From NCBI GenBank assembly GCA_049604715.1, contig JBMYTV010000002.1, positions 56,455 to 120,454 of the forward strand: 64,000 nucleotides of DNA, in the 5' to 3' direction. The notes beneath the pieces are model-generated. The model was not told where the DNA came from, made no database searches, and worked only from the letters and a program-made list of their open reading frames with translations. Below are positions 26,619-36,513 of the stretch, piece by piece (within the stretch, counting starts at the first letter, position 1; every line of letters starts with the position of its first letter). Position numbers and translations under genes: made by a program. Origin of the DNA: Patescibacteria group bacterium. GTDB taxonomy: Bacteria > Patescibacteriota > Patescibacteriia > S139-126 > S139-133.

Positions 26619-27839
26619 ATGAAATTCCACTACACTGCACGCGACCGTGAAGGCAATCTTGTTTCTGGTGATACAGAAGCAGAATCACGTGAAGCGCTTG
26701 CTAAACAATTACAAACTGATGGGTTGTTACTCACCTCAGCTGAAGCGCAGGGTGGTAGTTCTGTGTCACTTCAAAAAATTGTCACAAAACTCAAAACTAT
26801 TGGCACCATCCCACTTGAAGAGAAAATCTTTTTCACGCAAAATCTTCATGTCATGTTGCATTCTGGTATTTCCCTTTCAGTTGCTATCAAAACATTAGCT
26901 AAACAAACTAAAAATTTACGATTCAAAAATGTACTAAACGACATAGAACAATCTGTTGAACAAGGCACAAGCTTTGCGCAGAGCCTTGCAAAACATCAAA
27001 AAATATTTGGCGAACTATTCGTCAACATGATTGAGGCTGGTGAGACATCAGGTCAACTTGAAAACACACTCATCCAGCTTCATACACAAATGAAAAAAGA
27101 CCACAATCTTATCAGTAAAGTTCGCGGCGCTATGATCTACCCAGCAGTGGTTATCGTTGCAATGGTTGGTGTGATGATTGTGGTTGTTACATTTGTTATT
27201 CCAAAAATTACTGATTTGTTCACGGAAGCACGCGCCGACCTGCCACTACCAACCAAAATACTGATCGTAACAAGTGACTTTCTTATTAACTACGGCGTGT
27301 GGGTGATTATTTTTCTTATATTACTTGCATTTGGATTTTTCAAATTTATCAAGACAGAGCGCGGCAAAAAGATTTGGCACAAAATACTTGTTAAGGGACC
27401 TATTGTAGGGCCAATTATCAAAAAAATTAATTTAGCTCGTTTTTCCCGTACACTTAGTTCGCTTATCAAAACTGATATTCCAATTGTGAAAAGTTTTACT
27501 ATTACATCAAAAACAGTCGGTAACTATTATTACAAAAACATTACCCTCACTGCAGCTGAGCAACTAAAAAAAGGTAGTTCTATTACGACCACACTTGCAA
27601 CTGATGAAGATCTTTTCCCGCCACTTATCACTCAGATGATTTCTGTTGGTGAGGAGAGTGGTTCTCTTGATGATATTTTAGAAAACTTAGCTATTTTTTA
27701 TGAAGAGGATGTGACTGACACTATGGCGAACTTTTCTTCTATTATCGAGCCTGTGCTGATTCTCATTCTAGGCCTTGGTGTAGGAGCTATAGCAGTATCA
27801 GTTATAATGCCGCTATACTCTCTTACACAAAACATTTAG
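26619..27839 (+). CDS. pilC: Type IV pilus platform protein PilC/GspF
   Basis: Two T2SSF repeats (AGETSGQL, VGEESGSL), MIYP, IIEP. Confidence 0.92.
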   Translation: MKFHYTARDREGNLVSGDTEAESREALAKQLQTDGLLLTSAEAQGGSSVSLQKIVTKLKTIGTIPLEEKIFFTQNLHVMLHSGISLSVAIKTLAKQTKNLRFKNVLNDIEQSVEQGTSFAQSLAKHQKIFGELFVNMIEAGETSGQLENTLIQLHTQMKKDHNLISKVRGAMIYPAVVIVAMVGVMIVVVTFVIPKITDLFTEARADLPLPTKILIVTSDFLINYGVWVIIFLILLAFGFFKFIKTERGKKIWHKILVKGPIVGPIIKKINLARFSRTLSSLIKTDIPIVKSFTITSKTVGNYYYKNITLTAAEQLKKGSSITTTLATDEDLFPPLITQMISVGEESGSLDDILENLAIFYEEDVTDTMANFSSIIEPVLILILGLGVGAIAVSVIMPLYSLTQNI

Positions 27840-30800
27840 TGACTATGTCAAAACGGGGTTTTACACTTGTAGAGTTATTAGTCACCCTCGGAATCATGGT
27901 CGTGGGCGTTTTAGCAATTACACAACTTACGATACTTTTTTTGCAAATGAATGCAGAACAAAAAGCAAAAGTTACTGCCATTTCACTTGCCAATGAAAAA
28001 CTTGAGATCATCCGTAACCTTCCCTACACCGATATTGGCACTGCGGGTGGTATTCCGCCTGGAAATCTCATTCAAACAGAGCCTATCACTCGAAACAACA
28101 TTGATTTTACAGTCACAACCGAGATTGTGTATATTGATGATCCATTTGATGGTCTTATCAGTACCACAGGAAGCAGCGGATCCATATATAACACAAGTAA
28201 TTCTGAGGTGCTGTACTACTGGGATTTTGACTCGAATACAACTGGAGAAACCCCAAATATTGGCTCTGGCTCTTTAAGCTTTGTGGATACCTCACTAGAT
28301 ACTGGCTATCAAGGCGATGGCATTGCTATGAGTAGTGGCGATCGTATAACTACCACAGCTACTGGTAATGTTGATCTTTCAGAGGGCAGAATAGGCATTT
28401 GGTACAAGCCGAGTCTTAGTAATGCTGGGAATGAGCGAATTGTAGATTTTGAAACTACATCTGGCAATTTCTATATACGACGTCAGAGTAACGAAAAGCT
28501 ACAATTCAATTTTGGCGGACAATCAGCACGCTCATCTGCACTAACATGGAACGCTGATCAATGGTACTTTATCGAAGCTGCCTGGGAGGGTGATAATTAC
28601 AGACAAATATGGCGCGATGGTGTTCCTCTGGCACTAAAAGAAAATGTAGCAACCATCCCAGTTATTGATAACCAAATGAACATTGGCAACAGAGGAGATT
28701 CTAGCGAAATAGTTGAAGGAGTTCTTGATGAGTTGTATATACTCAATAATGCCCATAAATATGAGATATGGGGATATAATTACTCCAATCCGTACGTAGA
28801 CTCAAGTCCTTTAACTACATTTTATTGGAGTATGGACTCAACCAGCGCGTCGCAAACCCCTGAAGTTGGCACTGGCCCTATTACCCTTGGTGGTGACTAC
28901 ACTGAAACAAATCCTGCTGTTAATAACACAGGCATATATTTTAGTAACAACGGCAACCCTGACACTGACCATGCTTACATTCCTGCTAGCGGAAATATTG
29001 ACTTTGCTGAAAGTAGAATTTCTTTTTGGTTTAAGCCTCGAAATAACAATAACGTTAATAACAATAATGACTATTTACTCAAAGCCAGCGGCTGTAGTAG
29101 CGGCATGCTAGAACTAATACGAACTGATGATGAAAAATTAGAATTTTCATATGGCCCCTCAACAAATACTATTACTATAGAATCCCAAAGTTATTCTTGG
29201 AATAAAAACTACTGGTACTTAATTGAGGCAGCATTTGATGATGCGGGTGACACACTTCACGTATATATCAACCGCGAGGAAGTAGCGGTAAGTACCGGCG
29301 TGACTGTTGACGCCCCAATCGGCTGCTCTGGTCTTTATTTTGCAAATGAAAATAGCACATCATCAAAAAACGGTGATGGACATTTTGATGAACTTTATAT
29401 ACTTAACGAAGCGTATCCAGAGAGTGAAACCGCTGATCTTTTGAATACTGATTACAAACGAGCAAAAATAACAGTCGCCTGGGAAAACCAACGAGGAACA
29501 AGAGAGGTTTATTTGATTTCAGACATTGCTCCACCTGGTGTTGAAACAACTGCTGGTGGAGGTACGCTAATTTTCAATGTATTTGATGCTAGCGCTCAAC
29601 CAGTGAATGGAGCAACTGTAGATGTGTACAATGACTCGCTAGATCCTATTATTGACCTAACACTAACCACTGACTTATCAGGTAGACTTGTGCTTCCCGG
29701 AGCTCCAGCAACCTCAACATCATATGAGATTATTGTATCAAAACTAGGGTACAGTACTGACTATACATCTGCCGCCACCTCGACTTACACAAGCCCAGTA
29801 CGTGATCATTTAAGCGTGCTTGAAGGACAAGTCACTGAGGTCAGCTTCTCTATTGACCTCACTAGCACACTTGATATCACAACAGTATCACAAACCCTAC
29901 CTGTTACTTATCAGCTAAATACAGACTCATCAGGTGAGTCACAAACAAGCCCAACACTAGCACAAACCGCAGCTCACTTCTATCCAGTATGGGAAGATTA
30001 TCGTGGTAGTACAACAACCATGACTTATGGGCAAAAATATACTTTTGCCGGCTCAAATCAATGGACCAACGACAGCCAAGTATCTGTTCAAGCTAACCAA
30101 CTAAAGCCCCGCGCAGTTGCTGATAGCAGCGGCAACGTATATATAACGTGGTATGACAACTCATCGGGCGATAACGATATCTACATTCAAAAGTTATCCA
30201 CAGACGGTATCCCGCAATGGTCATATCCGGTCAAAGTAAACGGAGATAGCGGCAGTGCAGACCAGCGAAACCCAGATATAGATATCTTCAGCAACGAACT
30301 CTATATAGTCTGGGAAGATCAACGAAATGACACAGGCGATATCTACTTGCAAAAAGTATCATCAGGAGGAGTTATCCAGTTTGGTAGTGATATAAAAATC
30401 AATTCTGACAGCGGCGCAGACCAACAACAGAAACCAAAGATTACTATTGATTCTGGAGGTGACCTCTATATTGCCTGGATTGATGACCGTGGTGGTAGCG
30501 ATGATGTCTATCTTGACCGTGTTAATAGCGCGGGCTCAAATGTATGGTCATTTGAACAACAAGTAAATAGCAATAGCGCACCTGACATATCTCACTTTGA
30601 TTTTGATCTTGATAGCAATGACGATGCTCACATTGTGTGGCATGACGACCGTGGTGGCGACAATGACATTTATTTTCAAAGTTATGCATCTTCAAGTGTT
30701 GCCTTATTTGGATCTGACCAAACAATAACTGTGCAATCACCTTCATACAATCAACTTAATCCTCACATAGCTCTTGCAAGTGACAATACATTTTATATTG

Positions 30801-31279
30801 GCTGGCACGATGATAGTGGTGGAGACCAAGACGTGTATGTGCTAAATACAGACTCATCTGGCAACTCTCTTTGGGTAAATGAGATACAATTACACCAAGA
30901 AACATCAGGTGACCAACTTATTAGCGACCTTGCGACATATGATGGCACAAAAGTTGTAGCCACTTGGACTGACTACAGTCAAGGTGAGGCAAATGCCTGG
31001 CTTGGAACACTTAACTACGACGGTAGTGAGTCTGCTGCTCCATTTATTGACTTTATACTTCGTGGCACCAAACTCACTCACCAAAGCCCAGATAAAGTTA
31101 AATTTGAACAATCATACGCAACAGATGCAGCTGGCACTATATCAGTCACTGGCCTTGAATGGGACACATATGAGATAGAACTAAATGAACCAGGCGTAAC
31201 GACAACACAAGCAATTCCGTCACTACCTATCACACTCAATCCGAATACCACAGAAACGCTTAAACTCATCGTAGACTAA
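27839..31279 (+). CDS. Giant minor pilin/adhesin: prepilin N-terminus, two LamG-like domains, carboxypeptidase-regulatory-like domain, beta-propeller-type repeats
   Basis: KRG|FTLVE cleavage motif; two repeats ending DELYILN; repeated W.D.R.G..DIY.Q units; 1146 aa. Confidence 0.8.
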   Translation: MTMSKRGFTLVELLVTLGIMVVGVLAITQLTILFLQMNAEQKAKVTAISLANEKLEIIRNLPYTDIGTAGGIPPGNLIQTEPITRNNIDFTVTTEIVYIDDPFDGLISTTGSSGSIYNTSNSEVLYYWDFDSNTTGETPNIGSGSLSFVDTSLDTGYQGDGIAMSSGDRITTTATGNVDLSEGRIGIWYKPSLSNAGNERIVDFETTSGNFYIRRQSNEKLQFNFGGQSARSSALTWNADQWYFIEAAWEGDNYRQIWRDGVPLALKENVATIPVIDNQMNIGNRGDSSEIVEGVLDELYILNNAHKYEIWGYNYSNPYVDSSPLTTFYWSMDSTSASQTPEVGTGPITLGGDYTETNPAVNNTGIYFSNNGNPDTDHAYIPASGNIDFAESRISFWFKPRNNNNVNNNNDYLLKASGCSSGMLELIRTDDEKLEFSYGPSTNTITIESQSYSWNKNYWYLIEAAFDDAGDTLHVYINREEVAVSTGVTVDAPIGCSGLYFANENSTSSKNGDGHFDELYILNEAYPESETADLLNTDYKRAKITVAWENQRGTREVYLISDIAPPGVETTAGGGTLIFNVFDASAQPVNGATVDVYNDSLDPIIDLTLTTDLSGRLVLPGAPATSTSYEIIVSKLGYSTDYTSAATSTYTSPVRDHLSVLEGQVTEVSFSIDLTSTLDITTVSQTLPVTYQLNTDSSGESQTSPTLAQTAAHFYPVWEDYRGSTTTMTYGQKYTFAGSNQWTNDSQVSVQANQLKPRAVADSSGNVYITWYDNSSGDNDIYIQKLSTDGIPQWSYPVKVNGDSGSADQRNPDIDIFSNELYIVWEDQRNDTGDIYLQKVSSGGVIQFGSDIKINSDSGADQQQKPKITIDSGGDLYIAWIDDRGGSDDVYLDRVNSAGSNVWSFEQQVNSNSAPDISHFDFDLDSNDDAHIVWHDDRGGDNDIYFQSYASSSVALFGSDQTITVQSPSYNQLNPHIALASDNTFYIGWHDDSGGDQDVYVLNTDSSGNSLWVNEIQLHQETSGDQLISDLATYDGTKVVATWTDYSQGEANAWLGTLNYDGSESAAPFIDFILRGTKLTHQSPDKVKFEQSYATDAAGTISVTGLEWDTYEIELNEPGVTTTQAIPSLPITLNPNTTETLKLIVD

Positions 31280-31896
31280 TGAATAATTTACATAACAATA
31301 AAGGAATTTCACTATTCGAAGTACTGATTACTGTTGGTATATTTGTCGTGGTAGTGGTTGTGTGGAATCAAATGATCATTCAAAGTTATCGTTCAGCTGC
31401 TTTTGGCCAAGAGCAACAAGAAGCTATTCGGCAAGCAGAGCGTGGTATAGAACAAATGACAAAAGAAATCCGTGAAATGTCCACAGCAGAAGACGGCTCA
31501 TATGCTCTTGAATTAGCTGGTGACAATGAAATTATCTTTTACTCAGACATTGACCAGGACGTACTTACTGAACGCGTTCGATACTACTTGTCAGGTACAA
31601 CACTTTATAGAGGCACAGTCGAACCGTCTGGAGACCCACTAAGTTATGACACGGGGAGTGAGGTTGTAGCTCAGCTCGCAACTTATGTAAACAACACTAG
31701 CACAAGCATGTTTACTTATTACAATGATCAGTACCCATTTGATGATGTAAACAATCCCCTTCCTGCACCAGCTCGTTTGATTGAAACAAAACTACTTCAT
31801 GTTTTCTTGCGCATAAATATCGACCCAACCCAAGCACCTAACGATTTTGATGTTGAATCTGATGTGCAACTGAGGAATCTAAAGTCAAACTTATGA
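31279..31896 (+). CDS. Minor pilin (PilW/GspJ-like)
   Basis: KG|ISLFE prepilin motif; C-terminal VQLRN. Confidence 0.8.
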   Translation: MNNLHNNKGISLFEVLITVGIFVVVVVVWNQMIIQSYRSAAFGQEQQEAIRQAERGIEQMTKEIREMSTAEDGSYALELAGDNEIIFYSDIDQDVLTERVRYYLSGTTLYRGTVEPSGDPLSYDTGSEVVAQLATYVNNTSTSMFTYYNDQYPFDDVNNPLPAPARLIETKLLHVFLRINIDPTQAPNDFDVESDVQLRNLKSNL

Positions 31897-33290
31897 GAAA
31901 GCACATACATACAAACCAGGATGGTACATTGCTTATTATAGTTGTTGTGATGACAGGAATATTTGTATTTATGCTTTCTGGATACTTAAGTTTGATGACA
32001 TATCAGCAGCGACTAACCAATGCCAAAATTGCTGGCATACAATCTCTCCATATTGCAGAAGCTGGAGTAAACTACTACCGTTGGCATTTAGCACATGACC
32101 CTGATGATTATACTGATGGCACTGGTGGTCCTGGTCCATATGTTCATGATTACTATGACCCAACAACCGGTCTTATTGGGCAATATAGTCTTGAAATTGA
32201 CCCCCCTGAGCCAGGTTCTACTATAGTAACTATCCGCTCAACTGGCTGGGTTAACGATTATCCTGATATTGAACGCACTGTTGAGGTTACCTATGGAAAA
32301 CCATCACTAGCTAAATACTCATTTCTAACCAATAGTGACGTTTGGCTAGGTGATAGTGAATCAGTAAGTGGCGAAATGCACTCTAATGGCGGTGTACGTA
32401 TGGACGGCACCAATGATTCACTTGTTACTTCAGCATTAGCTACATACACCTGCACCCCATCACACGGCTGCTCATACGAGACAAAAGATGGAGTCTGGGG
32501 CACTGGCCCAAATAGCGATCTTTGGAGTTTTCCTGTAACTGAGGTTGATTTTGCTACAATTACACTTGATCTGGCTGACATAAAAACAGAAGCAGAAACA
32601 AACGGAGACTACTATCCTGACTCGAGTTATGGATACCACATAACATTTTTAGCTGACGGTACTTACAACATCTACACTGTAACTTCCCTACAGTCTAGTT
32701 TGTACCAAATTGATGATGATGATTTTTCAGGATGTGAGTCAAAATCAGAAGGCATTGCAAGTGAAACATTTATCGGCAACTACCCCATTCCAACCAACAG
32801 CACTATCTTTGTTGAAGATGATCTGTGGATTGATGGCGTACTTAATGGTAAAATAACAGTAGCAGCCGCACGGTTTCCAGCAAATCCATCAACCTATGCC
32901 AACATTTACATAAATAACAACCTAACTTATGTGGCGCGTGATAATACAAATGCGCTTGGCTTAGTTGCTCAAAAAAATATCCAAGTACCACGGCATGCAC
33001 CTTCTGACCTTACTATTGATGCGATCTTGCTTGCACAAAACGGAAGAGTATATAGAGCATATTACTGCTGGTGGCCACACAGACTTGTAACCAACTCCAT
33101 AGAAGTATACGGTGGTATTATCACCAACAAAATCTGGACATGGACATGGGTCTCTGGTTCAACCACAGTTGATGGATATGATAGTACCAATAGCATCTTT
33201 CATAACAACTTATTATTTGCACCACCTCCCTACTTCCCAACAAGTGGTGAATACCAATTTATTACCTGGGAAGAAATTCCAACACCCTAA
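31893..33290 (+). CDS. Minor pilin (PilX-like)
   Basis: G|TLLII hydrophobic N-terminus lacking E5; AEAGV motif; C-terminal WEE. Confidence 0.78.
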   Translation: MRKHIHTNQDGTLLIIVVVMTGIFVFMLSGYLSLMTYQQRLTNAKIAGIQSLHIAEAGVNYYRWHLAHDPDDYTDGTGGPGPYVHDYYDPTTGLIGQYSLEIDPPEPGSTIVTIRSTGWVNDYPDIERTVEVTYGKPSLAKYSFLTNSDVWLGDSESVSGEMHSNGGVRMDGTNDSLVTSALATYTCTPSHGCSYETKDGVWGTGPNSDLWSFPVTEVDFATITLDLADIKTEAETNGDYYPDSSYGYHITFLADGTYNIYTVTSLQSSLYQIDDDDFSGCESKSEGIASETFIGNYPIPTNSTIFVEDDLWIDGVLNGKITVAAARFPANPSTYANIYINNNLTYVARDNTNALGLVAQKNIQVPRHAPSDLTIDAILLAQNGRVYRAYYCWWPHRLVTNSIEVYGGIITNKIWTWTWVSGSTTVDGYDSTNSIFHNNLLFAPPPYFPTSGEYQFITWEEIPTP

Positions 33291-33295
33291 AACCC

Positions 33296-34354
33296 ATGTT
33301 TCAATCACAATCACCAACAGCCTGGGGGCTTGATATAGGAGAAAAATCACTGAAGATGTCAGCGGTTATTCAGTCTGGTGATAATTTTGCTCTTTCTAAC
33401 TACGGATCACTGACAATTGAAGACGAAGAAGTAACAAAAGGCATTCTGCAGGACCCTGACTTGCTTGGTAAAAAAATCAAAAAACTTCTCAAAGAACATA
33501 CATATGGCAGAAAAGTGAAGACACCCTTTGTTCATGCGTGTATTCCTGACTCAGATACATTTGTAAAGCTTATTGATATTCCTGATATGACTGATGAGGA
33601 AATACCAGAAGCTGTACGCTGGGCATCAGAACAACACATTCCACTTTCACCTGATGATATATATATTGATTGGAATATTGTAAGACATGATCCACAAAAT
33701 AAAAAAATATATGTTTTGATTGGAGCAGTTCAAAAATCAATCAGCAATCAACTCACAGAAGCTATTAAAAGAGCAGATCTAGTACCACTATCCCTTGATG
33801 TTGAAGCAACAGCCATCGTCAGAGCTCTCCAGAGCCTAACTGTACCTACAAATACCTCACATGCGACTGCATTCCTTGATCTTGGCGCTACGCATTCAAC
33901 GATTATTATATTTGCGCGTGATACCATTCAGTTTGTCTCTACTATTCCATTTAGTGGAGAAGAAATAACTAGCACACTTGCAACTGAGCTTAGCATCTCA
34001 AAAGCTGAAGCAGAAAAGGCCAAAATAGTATGCGGACTTACCAATCCAGATTGTGAAGATGCACTAAAACAGGTTCTAAAAAAGGACCTTGATGCTATGA
34101 CTAAAAAAATTAATAGTTCTTTTGCCTTTTACAAAGAGCACACATTTGATCCATTACCTATAAACCAACTTATTTTGTGCGGGGGCGGATCACTTCTTGA
34201 TGGTATTGTTGGCCACTTAGGTAAAGAAATTGAATGCGATGTCAGACTTGGCAATTTAGCTCCATTTATTTCATCCTCATCAAAGTCAGACTTTGCGAAA
34301 AAGAATTTATCCTACACAACAGCCTTAGGCCTTGCTATGAAAGCATATGAGTAA
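33296..34354 (+). CDS. pilM: Type IV pilus assembly protein PilM
   Basis: Actin-like GLDIG, LDLGA, LCGGGSLL, ALGLAM. Confidence 0.9.
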   Translation: MFQSQSPTAWGLDIGEKSLKMSAVIQSGDNFALSNYGSLTIEDEEVTKGILQDPDLLGKKIKKLLKEHTYGRKVKTPFVHACIPDSDTFVKLIDIPDMTDEEIPEAVRWASEQHIPLSPDDIYIDWNIVRHDPQNKKIYVLIGAVQKSISNQLTEAIKRADLVPLSLDVEATAIVRALQSLTVPTNTSHATAFLDLGATHSTIIIFARDTIQFVSTIPFSGEEITSTLATELSISKAEAEKAKIVCGLTNPDCEDALKQVLKKDLDAMTKKINSSFAFYKEHTFDPLPINQLILCGGGSLLDGIVGHLGKEIECDVRLGNLAPFISSSSKSDFAKKNLSYTTALGLAMKAYE

Positions 34355-34922
34355 ATTATCCCTAAACTTATTATCACCAACAGAGCGCATGGAGTCATCC
34401 CTGCAGTGGCATTATGTGATTATAAAAAATGTCATTTTTATGATTCTTTCAGTAACGTTTGTAATTGCTGTTATGCTTTTTGGTGCTAAGCTAATTTTGC
34501 TGAATAGACTTACTGAAGCAGAAATGCAAATATCTTTAGTTAATGCTTCACTAGCCGGAACAAATCAAAAAATAGCAAATGTAAATAAAGATTTGAGAGA
34601 TATAGAAAAAATACAAAAAGAATTTGTTCCTTGGTCTGAGTCACTATGGAATGTACTGACGCTTGTCCCAAACGAAATACAAGTCTCATCATTAAGGTTG
34701 TCATCGGATGAGAGCACTATCTACATAGACGGTATTGCGCAAACCCGAGAATCTTTACTCGAATTCCAGGAGTCACTTGAGACTGCTCAATTTGCTGAAA
34801 ATGTATACCTACCACTGGCAAGTCTTTTACAAAAAACAGACATAACATTTAATGTAACTATTACAGTCGCACCTGTTCTAGTTTCTGATTTACAAGAACA
34901 TGAAACTGAAGGAATTGAATAA
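34347..34922 (+). CDS. pilN: PilN-like protein
   Basis: LNLL motif, TM, coiled coil; follows pilM. Confidence 0.75.
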   Translation: MSKLSLNLLSPTERMESSLQWHYVIIKNVIFMILSVTFVIAVMLFGAKLILLNRLTEAEMQISLVNASLAGTNQKIANVNKDLRDIEKIQKEFVPWSESLWNVLTLVPNEIQVSSLRLSSDESTIYIDGIAQTRESLLEFQESLETAQFAENVYLPLASLLQKTDITFNVTITVAPVLVSDLQEHETEGIE

Positions 34923-35439
34923 AAAACAAATAGTACATGTTAGCTTTGCACTTAGTGGCGCAGTAATTTTGGGCTTACTTGTGTTTATTGTACTTACAGT
35001 ACGTGATATTAAGGTTATTAGTGGCGACATATATTCTAAACGCGTAGCTCTAGAAACGAGATATCAATCAGGACTATCAATGCGTGAAAGTATTCAGCAG
35101 CTAGATGAAATAGAACCTTCAATTGAGAATGTTTCAACTGCTTTTGTATACAAAGAGCAAACACTAGAATTTGTAAATGACCTAGAAGAAACTGCGAGCA
35201 CATATAGACTAGAGCAGATTATCAATATCCCCGAAATCGACGCTGAGGACAAAGCCGTCACGGAATCACCCATCGGACTGACTTTGCGCGGCGAGGCAGA
35301 AGACATTTTTGCATATATTAATGCACTTGATAGCAAACCATACTATATCGTAGTGAATCAAATTGAACTAACAAATATCACAAGTGGTAATAGCACCGGT
35401 CTAACATGTGTTATTTCAGGTACAATTCATTGGAGATAA
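34900..35439 (+). CDS. PilO-like protein
   Basis: TM, coiled coil, LTLRG....I..YI..L pattern; operon position. Confidence 0.65.
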   Translation: MKLKELNKKQIVHVSFALSGAVILGLLVFIVLTVRDIKVISGDIYSKRVALETRYQSGLSMRESIQQLDEIEPSIENVSTAFVYKEQTLEFVNDLEETASTYRLEQIINIPEIDAEDKAVTESPIGLTLRGEAEDIFAYINALDSKPYYIVVNQIELTNITSGNSTGLTCVISGTIHWR

Positions 35440-35444
35440 CTTAT

Positions 35445-35816
35445 ATGAAAAAAATACCTCTACCAAAAATCCCAATTAAAAAAGTCCTCAGTGTTGCACT
35501 GGGACAAATTAAACATATTGCGATTATTCTTTCCATTGTATTATTACTTAGCTTTGGTTGGTTTTTGTATCAAAACTTTTATACAACTATTATTAGCGCG
35601 CGAGAAATAGTTATTTTGGAAAGTGAAGTATCAAGTAATAATGTTGACATTCACCTATTACAACGTGTTGAGAAAAGCCATGCTGCAAAACAAGAGATTC
35701 AGATTAAGTCCTGGGGTGTTATGCGCAGTGCCTTTTCAGATACTCCAGCTACAAACAATGACCTGCAATTAGATGACCCGTTTTCTAATGAGGTCACTCC
35801 GCGGGTAACTTTCTAA
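35445..35816 (+). CDS. Pilus-locus bitopic membrane protein (PilP position)
   Basis: Single TM, C-terminal DPF; start moved to ATG 35445 after upstream stop. Confidence 0.6.
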   Translation: MKKIPLPKIPIKKVLSVALGQIKHIAIILSIVLLLSFGWFLYQNFYTTIISAREIVILESEVSSNNVDIHLLQRVEKSHAAKQEIQIKSWGVMRSAFSDTPATNNDLQLDDPFSNEVTPRVTF

Positions 35817-36070
35817 TCCTCCTCAACCTCTAAATGCATAAACTCAGGTATAGACTCTAGTAGCTCGCGCTCAACCCCAAGTGTCAGCGTAATTGAAGAT
35901 AGCGGACACCCTATACACGCACCGCCTAGCCGCACTGTTACTGTACCTGACGCCTCATCACAATTCACAAGAAAAATATCACCACCATCCATCTGAACGG
36001 TTGGTTTTATTTTAGCCTCAAAAACCTCTTCTACCCGTGCTTTAAATGTTTTATCTTTCTGCTTAGTCAT
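35813..36070 (-). CDS. NifU-like (Nfu) domain protein
   Basis: IKP.VQMDGGDI, LGGACIGCPLS..TL..GVE. Confidence 0.88.
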   Translation of the reverse strand: MTKQKDKTFKARVEEVFEAKIKPTVQMDGGDIFLVNCDEASGTVTVRLGGACIGCPLSSITLTLGVERELLESIPEFMHLEVEED

Positions 36071-36190
36071 AACGCTTACGATTATAACATGATCCTTTAA
36101 TTTATGTATATTTACCCAAAATCAGAAGCTTGACAAATTCCTCTAATTGTTTTAAATTAGACAAGTATTACTAAATATTGACATTAGCAT

Positions 36191-36475
36191 ATGGCACATA
36201 AGAAAGCTGGTGGTTCAACTAGTTTAGGTCGCGATTCGATTGCAAAGCGCCTTGGAGTTAAGCTATTTGACGGTCAATTTGCTCATGCCGGATCAATTCT
36301 CGTTCGACAACGTGGTACAAAGATTCATCCAGGTAAGCATGTTAAACGAGCCGGTGATGATACTCTATTTGCATCAGAATCAGGTATGGTAAAATTTATT
36401 ACCAAAAGCGTACGATTGTTCAATGGTAAGCTCAAAAAGCGCAAATACGTGACTATCGAACCAACCAAAAAATAA
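36191..36475 (+). CDS. rpmA: 50S ribosomal protein L27
   Basis: [26 protein letters not shown]. Confidence 0.97.
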   Translation: MAHKKAGGSTSLGRDSIAKRLGVKLFDGQFAHAGSILVRQRGTKIHPGKHVKRAGDDTLFASESGMVKFITKSVRLFNGKLKKRKYVTIEPTKK

Positions 36476-36502
36476 AAAAACGCGGTACATGCCGCGTTTT
36501 TT
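36474..36502. terminator. Bidirectional terminator between rpmA and pyrG
   Basis: A7-CGCGGT-acat-GCCGCG-T-run. Confidence 0.8.
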
Positions 36503-36513
36503 TGATTGTGTTT

